Shown in pieces: positions 9,242-19,702 of a DNA stretch of 64,000 nucleotides; positions within the stretch are counted from its first letter, which is position 1; the number at the start of each line of letters is the position of its first letter. The DNA is from a bacterium. Lineage in GTDB: Bacteria; SAR324; NAC60-12. The stretch is taken from positions 4,000,001-4,064,000 of the forward strand of contig OZ242383.1 of the NCBI GenBank assembly GCA_965209155.1, given 5' to 3'. The notes under the pieces are model-generated. The model saw nothing but the letters and a program-made list of their open reading frames with translations. It did no database searches and had not been told where the DNA came from. Made by a program: the position numbers and the translations under genes.

Positions 9242-11497
9242 TTATTCGATTTTCCTCACGATTTTTAAAGAGCGCAGCTGCGATAAAATCTTATGAAAAG
9301 TTCTGGAGGGAATGGGTTCCAGAGTTATATGCATGGAAGCGTCTTCCCCAAAACGTCCACTTTGAATGTCAAAAATGCCCACTCCCAGATTCTTGATGGT
9401 TTTTGTGACTTGATATAACACTCCAGGTTTGTCTATGGTGATCAGGTGGATATAGCGGGTATGGATATCGTCTTGCACGGGCAGTGCCCATCCTACGGAA
9501 ACCAAGTCTTTTTTCCCTTTGATTTCATTACAAATGCTCCGGTGGATTTGCAACTCCCGTTCTTCGGTCAAATAACCGGAAACTCGATCTTTTGGTAGAG
9601 GAGAACAGCAAGGAGCAAAGTGCAGAAAAGGATCATTCACGTCTTCAATGAGAAATTCATGAGTACCGGATTTAAAGAAGGGTTCTAAAAATCGCACCTG
9701 CCAGTTGCGACGATCGAGTCTACTTTGATTGACCAACTGATGTTTTTTGAAGAACCGTCGAATATGGATTTTTTTAGTTCCTATGAGTTCTAAAAATTTT
9801 TGAAAGGTTATTTTTTCCTTTTCCAGTGCATCTCGAAATGCAGTTGAATGAATGAATTGATCTGATTCTTCTCCCAAGCGTCGCAATTCCCGTCGAAGCG
9901 ATTCCTCCCAAACTTGACGAGTGCGGAGTGTGTTTTGAATACGCAAAGCTCGTTGGATTGCAATTTTACTCTTGGTGGTGATAATATGATTTAACCAATC
10001 CCGATGCGGCTTGATACTGGAATCGGTCAGAATTTGCACCCGCTCGCCATCAAACAGTTCTCTTTCGCGTGGAACCCGTTTGCTTGCCGTAGCATAGGTG
10101 TGCGCCCCTTGAGAGACATTCACCACCGCTCCGATACACGTATTGCCCAAATCCGAATGAATATGGTATGCCAGATCCAGAACTGTGGCACCTTTGGGGA
10201 AAAAACAAACTTCTCCTTTAGGAGTAAATACCTGAATTTGAACTGCATGCGAATAACGTAATACGTCTTCCATATGCGGTTCTTTCTCACCAACTATATG
10301 GTCGATTTGCTCCAGATAAATACGATAATATTCCGCCAATTCGCTGGAGGTGCCTTTCCAGGAAGCCATAATTCCATGCCAATTGAGCGCGTGCATTTCC
10401 CGGGTTGCAATTTCAACGCATGTCACTTCACCTTCCACAATAATTTCAGTTTGCAATCCCCTGTAACCGTCCCAGCGTGGATTGCTGATGAAGTCCTTTA
10501 TTTTGAGAGGAATGGCTCGGAAATGAATGTGTAGAATTCCCAATACGCGGTAAGTGTCCATGACCTCTTCTACCAGAATACGAAAGCCCTCTAATATCCG
10601 GTCCACTTCCATCTTGAGGATATAAACATCAGGAGGGGTAAAAATAGGGTCTACATCAATGTGGGATAATTTTTCTTTGGAAAGAGTCGAGCGCAACAAT
10701 TCGCACATATCCTGAATTGCCGATTGTCTTTCTCGCTTGAGTTTTTGCAGTTTTGCAATGGTTTCTCGATAGCGATTCGGATAGAGGTATTTGAAGCACA
10801 ACTCAGTGAATTCCTGGCTGATTTTTTCCAATCCCAGGCGTTTCGCCAGGGGAACGTAGACATTGAAAGTTTCCTGACTGATCCGTCTTTGTTTGTGCCG
10901 CGGCATAGGCGCCAGATCACGCAGATTATCCAACCTGTCAAAGAGTTTGATAAAAAGTATCCGTACATCCTTGACCATGGTGGAGAGCATCTTGTGATAA
11001 GTTGCCAGATTAGCCTGGGTGTTTCCGCTTTTATCATTGGGATGAATGATTTTCGTCAGCGCATCGACCATCTCAGCATACCAATCTCCGTAACGAGCAC
11101 GGATCTGTTCTTTGGTGATCTCGGTGTCTTCAATCAAATCGTGTAATAAAGCGACGATGACAGTAGGCGCATCCAAACCTGCTTCACAAATGGACCAGGC
11201 GACCCGTAAAGGATGAATTGGAGTCGGCTCTCCCGATTGGCGTTTTTGATGGCCTTGGTGGGTAGTGAGGTCTTCGAACGCATATTCGAGCTTCATGAGC
11301 TCTTCTCCCTTGTTTTGCGCACGCAAGTATTCCCGGATTTCTTTTTGTAATTGTTCAATTGTTTTGGTGACGGAATTGGAATTTTCCGACCTTGCAATGG
11401 CCAACATTTCTCGTTCCTCGTGAATTTCAGAAGATGCAATCGCATTGGGAATGCTCATTCCCTCCATGGAGAAAACAGCATATATTAATGCGTACAA
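9242..11497 (-). CDS. Long RelA/SpoT homologue (HD hydrolase, degenerate synthetase, TGS, ZFD, ACT); true start may be ATG 11407
   Basis: SGEP..HP, ALLHDLIEDT, IKLFDRLDN (HD); VFTPKG, GATVLDLAYHIH (TGS); APCCSPLP...IHRSIC (ZFD); DKPGVL (ACT). Confidence 0.9.
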   Translation of the reverse strand: MYALIYAVFSMEGMSIPNAIASSEIHEEREMLAIARSENSNSVTKTIEQLQKEIREYLRAQNKGEELMKLEYAFEDLTTHQGHQKRQSGEPTPIHPLRVAWSICEAGLDAPTVIVALLHDLIEDTEITKEQIRARYGDWYAEMVDALTKIIHPNDKSGNTQANLATYHKMLSTMVKDVRILFIKLFDRLDNLRDLAPMPRHKQRRISQETFNVYVPLAKRLGLEKISQEFTELCFKYLYPNRYRETIAKLQKLKRERQSAIQDMCELLRSTLSKEKLSHIDVDPIFTPPDVYILKMEVDRILEGFRILVEEVMDTYRVLGILHIHFRAIPLKIKDFISNPRWDGYRGLQTEIIVEGEVTCVEIATREMHALNWHGIMASWKGTSSELAEYYRIYLEQIDHIVGEKEPHMEDVLRYSHAVQIQVFTPKGEVCFFPKGATVLDLAYHIHSDLGNTCIGAVVNVSQGAHTYATASKRVPRERELFDGERVQILTDSSIKPHRDWLNHIITTKSKIAIQRALRIQNTLRTRQVWEESLRRELRRLGEESDQFIHSTAFRDALEKEKITFQKFLELIGTKKIHIRRFFKKHQLVNQSRLDRRNWQVRFLEPFFKSGTHEFLIEDVNDPFLHFAPCCSPLPKDRVSGYLTEERELQIHRSICNEIKGKKDLVSVGWALPVQDDIHTRYIHLITIDKPGVLYQVTKTIKNLGVGIFDIQSGRFGEDASMHITLEPIPSRTFHKILSQLRSLKIVRKIE

Positions 11498-11828
11498 GAA
11501 ATATAAAATAATATCAAGGAATAATCTATCCTCTTCCTGGCATTTTCCGGATTATCTCTCCCTTGAAGACAAAGATCTCTCACTGTTTTAGTTTTCGCAG
11601 GTTTTGCCCTTTACTTCCTTCTTTTCCTGTTTGAACCTGAATTCGAGATAAGAATTTAATAAATTCAATAGGTTATGGAATCTTCATATCTTAGAGAAAC
11701 CTTGTCATTCCTGCGAATGTCTGATACGTCGAAATTAATTAACTTGTTTTCACGCCTTCATATCTTAATCTCTTCTGTCTACTTGCAAGGATTGGGCACA
11801 AATAAGCGATTGGTTAGAAATCGGGAAA

Positions 11829-12635
11829 ATGAATAGTTTTCAAGCGTTTTTATTGGGAGTCGTCCAGGGACTTGCTGAATTTCTACCCATAAGTAGTACG
11901 GCCCATCTGCGAATAGTCCCTCATTTACTTGGTTGGTTAGACCCGGGAGCGGCCTTTTCGGCAGTAGTTCAACTAGGAACTCTGCTGGCTGTTCTGATAT
12001 ACTTCAGAAAAGATATCGTCCTCTTGACCCGTGAGGCTTTGCGCAGCGTTGTGAAGCAGAATTTGAATCTTTCCCGGGAAGCATACCTGGCATGGGCTAT
12101 TGCTGCGGGAACGATTCCGATCGTCGTAACGGGAATCATTTTCAAAGAGTTCATTGAGCAGGAAGCACGTGCTTTACGATTGATTGGCAGTAGTCTGATC
12201 GTCTTTGCGATTTTGTTGTATCTTTCGGAAAGATTTTCCAGGCAAAATCGCGAAATCTACGATCTCGATATCAAAGAAGTCATATTTATCGGCATCTGCC
12301 AGGCTTTTGCTTTGGTCCCTGGATGTTCCCGCTCCGGTTCCACCATCATGGGGGGATTGTTCTTGGGATTGGATCGTGAAAATGCAGCCCGTTTTTCATT
12401 CTTGCTTGGATTGCCCGCCATTGCAGGAAGTGGTTTTCTGCAACTTCATATCTTAATCGACGCTGGTTTGAGTGCTATAGGATTTTTCAATCTCACTATC
12501 GGCATTGTAGCTGCTTTTGTCAGTGGTTATCTTTCTATAGAACTTTTGTTGCGATTTATAAAAAAATATGGAACCATCGTTTTTGTTCTTTACCGGGTGA
12601 TCTTGGGTTCACTGGTTTTATTTGTCTGGTCATAA
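11829..12635 (+). CDS. uppP: Undecaprenyl-diphosphatase
   Basis: VQGLAEFLPISSTAH, PGCSRSGST, AARFSFLL motifs. Confidence 0.95.
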   Translation: MNSFQAFLLGVVQGLAEFLPISSTAHLRIVPHLLGWLDPGAAFSAVVQLGTLLAVLIYFRKDIVLLTREALRSVVKQNLNLSREAYLAWAIAAGTIPIVVTGIIFKEFIEQEARALRLIGSSLIVFAILLYLSERFSRQNREIYDLDIKEVIFIGICQAFALVPGCSRSGSTIMGGLFLGLDRENAARFSFLLGLPAIAGSGFLQLHILIDAGLSAIGFFNLTIGIVAAFVSGYLSIELLLRFIKKYGTIVFVLYRVILGSLVLFVWS

Positions 12636-12662
12636 TTCACTCCTCTTTGCTTTTTCTACACG

Positions 12663-14123
12663 ATGAAATCCAACCTTTGGAAAATCCTGGTGATCGGTAT
12701 TTTCATTTCTTTCGGATTGGCAAAAGCCTTCGCGGAAAACTTATTGATCGAGCCTTCTGTTGTTTTGCTCACTAACCATAAACAAGTGCCAGACTGGCTT
12801 GCTCCCTGGAAAAGAGGATTCACCACCTCCGGCAATGGCACCGGTTTTTTGATCCAAAATCAATGGATTCTCACCAATGCCCACGTCGTAAGCAATTCAC
12901 GCTTATTGCTGATTAAAAAAATTTCAAATCCCCGCCCTTATATTGCCCGTGTGATCGCCATCGCCCATGATTCGGATTTAGCAATTATCAAAGCGGAGGA
13001 TCCCTCATTTTATGACGATATGAGACCACTCACACTGGGAAAGTTGCCGAAGTTGCAAAGCCGGGTGAGGACTTATGGTTATCCCATTGGTGGCACCACG
13101 ATATCCCGAACAGAAGGCGTGGTTTCTCGAATAGAGTTTGGCACTTATCTCCATTCAGGAGTGGACGCGCATCTGATTATCCAAACGGACTCTGCCATCA
13201 ATCCCGGTAACAGCGGAGGACCGGTCATTCAAGACAATAAGGTGGTCGGTGTGGCTTTTCAATCCAATCCAAACTTGGACGATGTGGGTTATTTAATTCC
13301 TGCACCACTGGTTCAGCGATTTCTGAGAGATTTGGAAGATGGGAGCTATGATGGAGTGCCTGAAATCGGAATTCAGGTCAGCAATTTGCTCAATGAGCAC
13401 CTCCATCGTTTTTTGAAATTGCCTGCAGGCCAGCAAGGCGTTTTAGTCGATCGAGTTATTCCTGATTCTTCTGCGGATGGGAAAATCAAAGAAGGCGATG
13501 TTCTGGTGGAAATTGGCGATACCGCTATTGATGCGGCAGGGATGGTGAATTATGAAGGCCATCGCGTGCCTTTTCATATCATGGCTGAACATCAAGTGAT
13601 AGGGGATTCCTTGAAAGTGCTTCTCTGGCGCGATCAAAAATATGTTGAAGTGGACCTGCTCCTGAAACTTCCTCCTTTTAACAATGAATTCCGTCTGAGC
13701 TACGATGTTCATCCCCAATATCTTATTTTTGGTGGATTGGTTTTTACTCCTTTAAATCGAAACTACATTCAAACCGGACCTGTTTCACCTGCCCTTATTT
13801 ATGAACATTTATTTCGACATGCCGAAAAACCGGACACGCAGCGAGAGCAAGTGGTAGTCATCATCCGCTCCCTGCCTTCACCCGTCAATGCAGGATATAC
13901 GGACCTTAAAAATTTCGTGGTGAACCGGGTCAATGGAATCACCGTTCATTCCCTTGCGCATTTGAAAGCGACATTGGAACGATTGAAAGAAGAAAAAGTG
14001 AATTTTTATGCTTTCGACAGCATCTGGGATCCCACTCTGATCATTCTCGACAGAATGCTCGTTAACAAGGAGCATGAAAGGATTTTACAACGTTATGGTA
14101 TACCACAGGGAGAACGGCTTTGA
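12663..14123 (+). CDS. Secreted trypsin-like (Deg/HtrA, Deg2/9-like) serine protease with PDZ domains
   Basis: Signal peptide; TNAHVV, SDLAI, AINPGNSGGP catalytic triad; C-terminal YLIFGGLVFTPL. Confidence 0.9.
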   Translation: MKSNLWKILVIGIFISFGLAKAFAENLLIEPSVVLLTNHKQVPDWLAPWKRGFTTSGNGTGFLIQNQWILTNAHVVSNSRLLLIKKISNPRPYIARVIAIAHDSDLAIIKAEDPSFYDDMRPLTLGKLPKLQSRVRTYGYPIGGTTISRTEGVVSRIEFGTYLHSGVDAHLIIQTDSAINPGNSGGPVIQDNKVVGVAFQSNPNLDDVGYLIPAPLVQRFLRDLEDGSYDGVPEIGIQVSNLLNEHLHRFLKLPAGQQGVLVDRVIPDSSADGKIKEGDVLVEIGDTAIDAAGMVNYEGHRVPFHIMAEHQVIGDSLKVLLWRDQKYVEVDLLLKLPPFNNEFRLSYDVHPQYLIFGGLVFTPLNRNYIQTGPVSPALIYEHLFRHAEKPDTQREQVVVIIRSLPSPVNAGYTDLKNFVVNRVNGITVHSLAHLKATLERLKEEKVNFYAFDSIWDPTLIILDRMLVNKEHERILQRYGIPQGERL

Positions 14124-15592
14124 AAAACTGCTTTTTGATTTTATTGATTTTTTGTGTCATATGTCCTCCGGCTCTTGGAAGCGAGACTGATACCGAATCG
14201 CTCGATACCCCAAAATTGCAGAATAAAGTCGTGGTAATTCTCAGTTACCAACAGTCGTATGACTGGTTGATCCCTTGGAATAAAAAAGCACTACGACAAA
14301 GCACCGGAGCGGCTTTGGTTATAGCACCGCAGCTACTATTGACAACTGCGGAATTGGTCAGCAACCACACTTTGATTGAGGTGAGAAAACCAGGAGAACC
14401 CGATTCCTATGAAGCCGAGATCCACTTGCTTGATTATGGAATTAATCTAGCTCTACTCTATGTTTCAGATCCCCGGTTTTGGCATGGTTTGAGCCCGGTG
14501 GAGTGGGGAGAATTGGAATTGGGAAGCGGTGAAATCGTCTACTGGAAAAATAAAAATGAATGGCAATCTATTTCAGCGGATATAAAGCATCTTTTTGTCG
14601 GATATCGCTCACGCAGTCAGTCTCGATTCCCCATTCTGGAAGTGATTGCCTCGCTAAAATCCGATGTTCAGGGGAATCCTCTGGTTCAAAATGACAAAAT
14701 TGTTGGCATGGTGATGCAGAAACGGGATTCCAATCTGGATGTTTTCCCCGCATCGCTTTTGCAGGCATTTGTTGAACGATCGAATCAAGAGCCTTATCAA
14801 AGTTTTCCACAAAGAGGATTTGGCTGGCACAAGATCCCTCAAGAAACCGTTCGCGACTATTTGCAAATACCTGAAAATCTTACAGGAATTTTGATTGATC
14901 AAATCTGGCATTACGGCACGGGTTCCGATGTTTTACAACCTTACGATTTTTTAGTTTCCATAGAAGGATGGCAGATTTCCAATGAAGGTAAAATTGAACA
15001 TCCACAGTGGGGCAACGTAACTTTCGATTTTTTACTGACTGATTTGCATACACAGGATTTTATAACCTTGGAGTTGGTGCGAGAGGGCATGCCGATTACC
15101 TTGCAAAGTAAACTTGTCGATTTCCCTGCAGATCGTCATTCGGTGCCTCTTAGAAACGTAATGGAACCTCCTCGATATGTATTACGTGGCGGGTTGTTGT
15201 TTCAGGAATTGAATATGAATTACCTGGAACTGTGGGGAAAAGAGTGGAGGAAAAAAGCCCCGATACGCTTGAGTATTTACCAGCAGCTTGAAGCCGAACT
15301 TGCTCAAAATAAAAACCGTCGTTTGGTGCTGCTCACCCGGGTTTTACCAGCGCCTATCAACATAGGTTTCCAAAATTTACACAATCTGATAGTTACTGAA
15401 ATCAATAACCGTCCCATTCAAAATTTAAAGGACGTGGTGTACGCTTTTCAGCATCCCAAGGGATCATACCATCAAGTCAGATTTTTACCAGGCTCTGATA
15501 GAGCATTTCTGGTTTTACCAGTTGATGAAATACAGGCGACTGATCAGCAAATTCTTCAACATTTTCAAATACCTCGACTCGAAAGACTATAA
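14120..15592 (+). CDS. Deg/HtrA paralogue with a degenerate catalytic triad
   Basis: Colinear with the upstream protease (WLIPW, YVLRGGLLFQEL, VLPAPINIG) but has TTAELV, INLALL and no GNSGG; start overlaps the upstream stop. Confidence 0.8.
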   Translation: MKNCFLILLIFCVICPPALGSETDTESLDTPKLQNKVVVILSYQQSYDWLIPWNKKALRQSTGAALVIAPQLLLTTAELVSNHTLIEVRKPGEPDSYEAEIHLLDYGINLALLYVSDPRFWHGLSPVEWGELELGSGEIVYWKNKNEWQSISADIKHLFVGYRSRSQSRFPILEVIASLKSDVQGNPLVQNDKIVGMVMQKRDSNLDVFPASLLQAFVERSNQEPYQSFPQRGFGWHKIPQETVRDYLQIPENLTGILIDQIWHYGTGSDVLQPYDFLVSIEGWQISNEGKIEHPQWGNVTFDFLLTDLHTQDFITLELVREGMPITLQSKLVDFPADRHSVPLRNVMEPPRYVLRGGLLFQELNMNYLELWGKEWRKKAPIRLSIYQQLEAELAQNKNRRLVLLTRVLPAPINIGFQNLHNLIVTEINNRPIQNLKDVVYAFQHPKGSYHQVRFLPGSDRAFLVLPVDEIQATDQQILQHFQIPRLERL

Positions 15593-15662
15593 CCGCCTCA
15601 CCTCGTCCCAATGCAATTGATTTCTAAAATCTTCTTTTAACGCTGACCTCTAAGGTTTTCTC

Positions 15663-16745
15663 ATGAAGCAAGTCGATTTTTCTGCAGCAAACTGTCTCAA
15701 TCTTGCTGAATTTCTCCAGAAAACCAGTTCAGTGATTCAGGAAAACATTTTGGATTTAATTCCCGGTGAGAATAAGAAGGATCGGTCAGAGAATCGTTTT
15801 CTTTATGATTTAATGCGGGACTACCCTTTGCGAGGAGGGAAAAAGTTTCGCTCTGCCCTTGTTTTCTTATCCTGTGAATGGTTCGGAGGGACGATTGCCC
15901 AAGCCCTGCATTCCGCATTGGCATTTGAGTTGTTTCAAAATTTTGCTTTGATACACGACGACATTGAAGACAATTCTTTGATGCGCAGGGGGAAGGCGGC
16001 CTTGCACCGTCTCTATGGGATTCCACTGGCCCTGAATGCTGGCGACAACATGTTCTGTCTGGTCTATCATACACTACTTTCCAATCGATCCATCCTTGGT
16101 GATGAATTGTCGTTTCGTATTTTAAAACTCTTCAATGAAATCTCTAAACAGACTTTTGAAGGACAGGCCATGGATATCGGTTGGGTATTTCATGATGTTT
16201 TTCCCGACAGAAACGCGTACCAGAAAATGATCACCCGCAAAACAGGTTGGTACTCTGGCAGGGGGCCTTGCCAGTGTGGTGCAATGATTGGTGGTGCCAG
16301 TGAGGAAAACTTAGGGCTTATAGGACAATTTGGGGAAGCCATTGGCATCGGATTTCAAGCAAGAGACGACATTTTGAATTTAATCTCAAATAGTGAAAAA
16401 CGAGCTCCATTTGCCAATTCGGGAGGATATGGAAAAGAAAGAGGTGGCGATATTGCGGAAGGCAAACGCACTTTGATTATGATTGAATTGTTCGAACGGT
16501 TGCAACCAAATAAAAAAGAGCAATTGCATCAAATCCTCCTCAAGTCTCGAGAAGAAACGACAGAAACAGAAGTGGAATGGGTCATTGAACAGGCAAAAAC
16601 TTCCGGAGCCCTGGATTCTGCTATTGCATACTGTCGAGATCAAGCAATACGTGCCTGGGAAAACCTGGATCAATTACCAGATCATCCCGTTCGTGGATTA
16701 ATGAAGTCATTGGTTTCTTATCTGACCATTGATCGAAATTCTTAA
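15663..16745 (+). CDS. Polyprenyl (GGPP/IdsA-like) synthetase
   Basis: RGGKKFR, LIHDDIED..MRRG, EGQAMD, GIGFQARDDIL, GGDIAEGKRT. Confidence 0.92.
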   Translation: MKQVDFSAANCLNLAEFLQKTSSVIQENILDLIPGENKKDRSENRFLYDLMRDYPLRGGKKFRSALVFLSCEWFGGTIAQALHSALAFELFQNFALIHDDIEDNSLMRRGKAALHRLYGIPLALNAGDNMFCLVYHTLLSNRSILGDELSFRILKLFNEISKQTFEGQAMDIGWVFHDVFPDRNAYQKMITRKTGWYSGRGPCQCGAMIGGASEENLGLIGQFGEAIGIGFQARDDILNLISNSEKRAPFANSGGYGKERGGDIAEGKRTLIMIELFERLQPNKKEQLHQILLKSREETTETEVEWVIEQAKTSGALDSAIAYCRDQAIRAWENLDQLPDHPVRGLMKSLVSYLTIDRNS

Positions 16746-17045
16746 ACAAATGTTGTGCGTTTGTTGCACGGCATAAGACTTTTATAAGTGAAAAATGGAA
16801 TTCATTCGATTGGTTTCTTTGTTCAAAAACGAACATTTTTATTTATAGATCGAATTCAGCATGGCTTTTTTTAAGAGCATGGTTGTTTGATTAAAGTTTT
16901 TTAAATTTTTTCTTTAAACATTATTCAAAATATTTTAAAAAGATCACTGGCTGGCTGAAAATGATTAAAAATTGAAGAAGATGGATGAGTAACCCTTTGA
17001 TCAATTTTCGCTAAGACTGCGTATGAACTTCTGACATCTGATGCA

Positions 17046-17456
17046 ATGACGTTGCTGGAAAAGCGATACCATGAAGAGTGGAAAAACATATCTCGATACA
17101 TTCGCGAATTGTTCAATTACCATTGCTCACGTTGCGGACTTTACTGTAGAGCAGCTGACAGCCAGAAAGATCTTCTCCAAGTACACCACATAGATGAAAA
17201 TCCGGAAAATAATAACTTTGAGAATCTGATCCCTCTTTGCGCAACCTGTCACTTACGAATCGAGAAAGAAGCGCGACTTCATGCGCCATATCGGAATCAA
17301 CAAAGCGAACTTTTTTCCGAGACTTATTGGACGACAATGCAAAAAATGAGAGAAGAAGGATTGAAAAAATACGGAGGCGTCGGGAAAAATCCCATGACCC
17401 ACATGTCCTCCGAAGAATTTGAATTGTTTGAGGTGGAAAGAGAATTGAACGGGTAA
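17046..17456 (+). CDS. HNH endonuclease domain protein
   Basis: CSRC...LQVHHIDENPENN..ENLIPLCATCH. Confidence 0.85.
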   Translation: MTLLEKRYHEEWKNISRYIRELFNYHCSRCGLYCRAADSQKDLLQVHHIDENPENNNFENLIPLCATCHLRIEKEARLHAPYRNQQSELFSETYWTTMQKMREEGLKKYGGVGKNPMTHMSSEEFELFEVERELNG

Positions 17457-17616
17457 AGGATTGGATAAAACACTTCGCAACTAGTGACGAGGTATTAAGT
17501 TTGCTTAAGCAATCGTAGTCGCTTTCGAGGATTTGAATTTACTTATGGCTACAGCTATTTACAATGCAAGCAGCACGCTGCGGAGAATAAGACCCTAAGT
17601 GTTTTAAAGAGGATTT

Positions 17617-17895
17617 GTGGTTAAAGTAGATATTGTTCGCGCGCTTCAAAGAAAAGAAGGGTTATTATTTTCCGAGGCGGAACAAATTGTGAATGACTTG
17701 ATCGATATTATGAAAGAAACCTTGGAATCGGGTGATGAGATCCTGATCAGCGGATTTGGTAAATTCGGTCTTAGAGATAAAAATGCTCGTCCCGGGCGTG
17801 ACCCTAAGTCGAATCGAAAGTATATTATCAGCAAAAGAAGAGTTGTTACTTTCAGTCCATCAAAGGTTTGGAGAGAAGAATTGAGCGGAAAATAG
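17617..17895 (+). CDS. Integration host factor alpha / HU-family DNA-binding protein
   Basis: ISGFGKF.LRDKNARPGRDPKS...RRVVTFSPS. Confidence 0.9.
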   Translation: MVKVDIVRALQRKEGLLFSEAEQIVNDLIDIMKETLESGDEILISGFGKFGLRDKNARPGRDPKSNRKYIISKRRVVTFSPSKVWREELSGK

Positions 17896-17905
17896 CCAAC
17901 ATCAG

Positions 17906-18922
17906 CTATTCGCCATCAGGGAGTTTGCGGTGTAGTAATTGACGAAATGCTTCGTGGCAGTCTAAATCCTTATGAAGTATCTCGTAAACAGCGTGGCAAA
18001 TTGGCATCTGGATTCCATGTTTCACAGACAGTCGATAGAGCGAAATCGAATTATGAACCCCTTCGGTTACAAAGGCTTTTCCCAATAAGTATTCCTTGAA
18101 GGACATTCCCTTCCCCAGAGTAAGACCTAAAGTATAATTACGTGATAAAGGATCAGTCGCTGTCAAAATCAAGTCACCAATTCCAGACAATCCGAGGAAG
18201 GTTTCAATCTTTCCTCCCAATAACACTCCCAATCGCTTCATTTCTGCCAATCCACGGCATATCAAAGCAGCCCTGGCGTTGGATCCCAGCCCCATCCCGT
18301 CGCAAATACCGCAAGCAATCGCCAGTACGTTTTTAATGCTCCCCCCCATTTGTACTCCTACCAAATCAGAAGAAAGATAAATACGGAAGGTCGGCGCACT
18401 GAGAAGTTTTTGCAACTCCTTGCCGATTTGTGAATCTTCGCACGCCAATACAGCAGCAGCAGGCTTACCCTCTGCAATTTCTCTGGCAAAATTTGGTCCG
18501 GATAAAACTGCGATTGTTGGATTGGTCGTAATCGTCCGTTGATAAATTTCGCTCATTAACATCAAGCTTTTTGATTCGATCCCTTTAGTTAGAATCAAAA
18601 GCCGATGCTGTGTATTGATATGCGTCGAGAGACGCTTGGCAATTTCCTGAGTGACGTGGGAAGGAACGGCTAATACAAGATACTGATGCCTTTGCGCCAA
18701 CTCCGATAAATCATTCATGGCATTCAATTGAGGAGGAAGCGGGATGTCTGGAAGAAAAAGAGAGTTGTGATGATACTTGTTTATATTTGTCACTGTTTCG
18801 TGTTCGTGGGCCCAGAGAGTGACTCGACGATTATTACGAACCTGGAGGCATGCCATTGCGGTACCCCATGCTCCCGCACCAATAATGCCAATCTCCTGGA
18901 ATTTTTTAATTTCAGACATCAA
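17906..18922 (-). CDS. gpsA: NAD(P)H-dependent glycerol-3-phosphate dehydrogenase
   Basis: GAGAWGTA, TKGIE, LSGPNFARE, KNVLAIACG, GLSGIGDLILT..SRN. Confidence 0.95.
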   Translation of the reverse strand: MMSEIKKFQEIGIIGAGAWGTAMACLQVRNNRRVTLWAHEHETVTNINKYHHNSLFLPDIPLPPQLNAMNDLSELAQRHQYLVLAVPSHVTQEIAKRLSTHINTQHRLLILTKGIESKSLMLMSEIYQRTITTNPTIAVLSGPNFAREIAEGKPAAAVLACEDSQIGKELQKLLSAPTFRIYLSSDLVGVQMGGSIKNVLAIACGICDGMGLGSNARAALICRGLAEMKRLGVLLGGKIETFLGLSGIGDLILTATDPLSRNYTLGLTLGKGMSFKEYLLGKAFVTEGVHNSISLYRLSVKHGIQMPICHAVYEILHKDLDCHEAFRQLLHRKLPDGE

Positions 18923-19001
18923 TCACTTACTGGTTGGAATGTAAAAAATCTGATTTTTCAGATAGCATCACCTGAAAAAATCAAAATCAGGCTATGCAAT
19001 C

Positions 19002-19569
19002 AGTCATCACCACCGGCAGAGCCGGTGGCTTGAAGAGGCCCCCAGTATGAGGGCAAAACGTGTTCGTCATCGTAAGACGTGCTCGTGCTCGTGAACGAAA
19101 AAGGCTGCCATGTTAGATCATGAAAAACTCGATGTATACCAATGTTCCATCGAATTTTTAGCGTTATCTGTCCAAGTCATCGAAACAATGCCAAAAAGAT
19201 ACTCAGCCTTAGTTGACCAACTGAAAAGGGCCTCATGGTCGATTCCTCTCAATATCGCAGAAGGCTGTGGAAAAAAATTCCCTTCCTGACAAGCAACGAT
19301 TCTATGCATTTGCCCGAGGTTCCGCAATGGAATGCGCTGCTATTCTCGATGTTTTAAACGTGTTGAAGATCATCCAGCCTCCTTTATTTGACGAAGGGAA
19401 ACAGTTACTTCATCGCATTGTTTCTATGTTAACCAAAATGTGCCGTCGAATTCACTGACCGTTCACGAGCACGAGCACGAGCACGGCTCACGGACACGTC
19501 TCTCATGTCTGACCGGCAAAGCCTATCAGGTTCGCACCAGCAGAACTGGTGGTTTAATGAGATTAATTA
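19002..19569 (-). mobile_element. Non-autonomous IS200/IS605-like element, copy 2, carrying a four-helix-bundle cassette
   Basis: Near-identical to 5893-6424, with the same boundaries (AGTCATC... and ...GAGATTAATTA). Confidence 0.75.
19110..19458 (+). pseudogene. Four-helix-bundle protein, full length but with a +1 frameshift in an A7 run
   Basis: MLDHEKLDVYQ...DQLKRASWSIPLNIAEGCG, then GGAAAAAAATTCC shifts frame; removing one A joins it to ...SLPDKQRFYAFARGSAMEC... Confidence 0.85.
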
Positions 19570-19702
19570 GTGGCATATTTTCGCAGGATGCGTTATACTA
19601 TACCTTGGTTATGCGTGAAGATGGACTCGTCAGAAAAGATCTGCATTTTTATGTTGAATTGCAAGCAGGTTGCTTTCCAACCTATTTGAACCTGGGAAAA
19701 AC

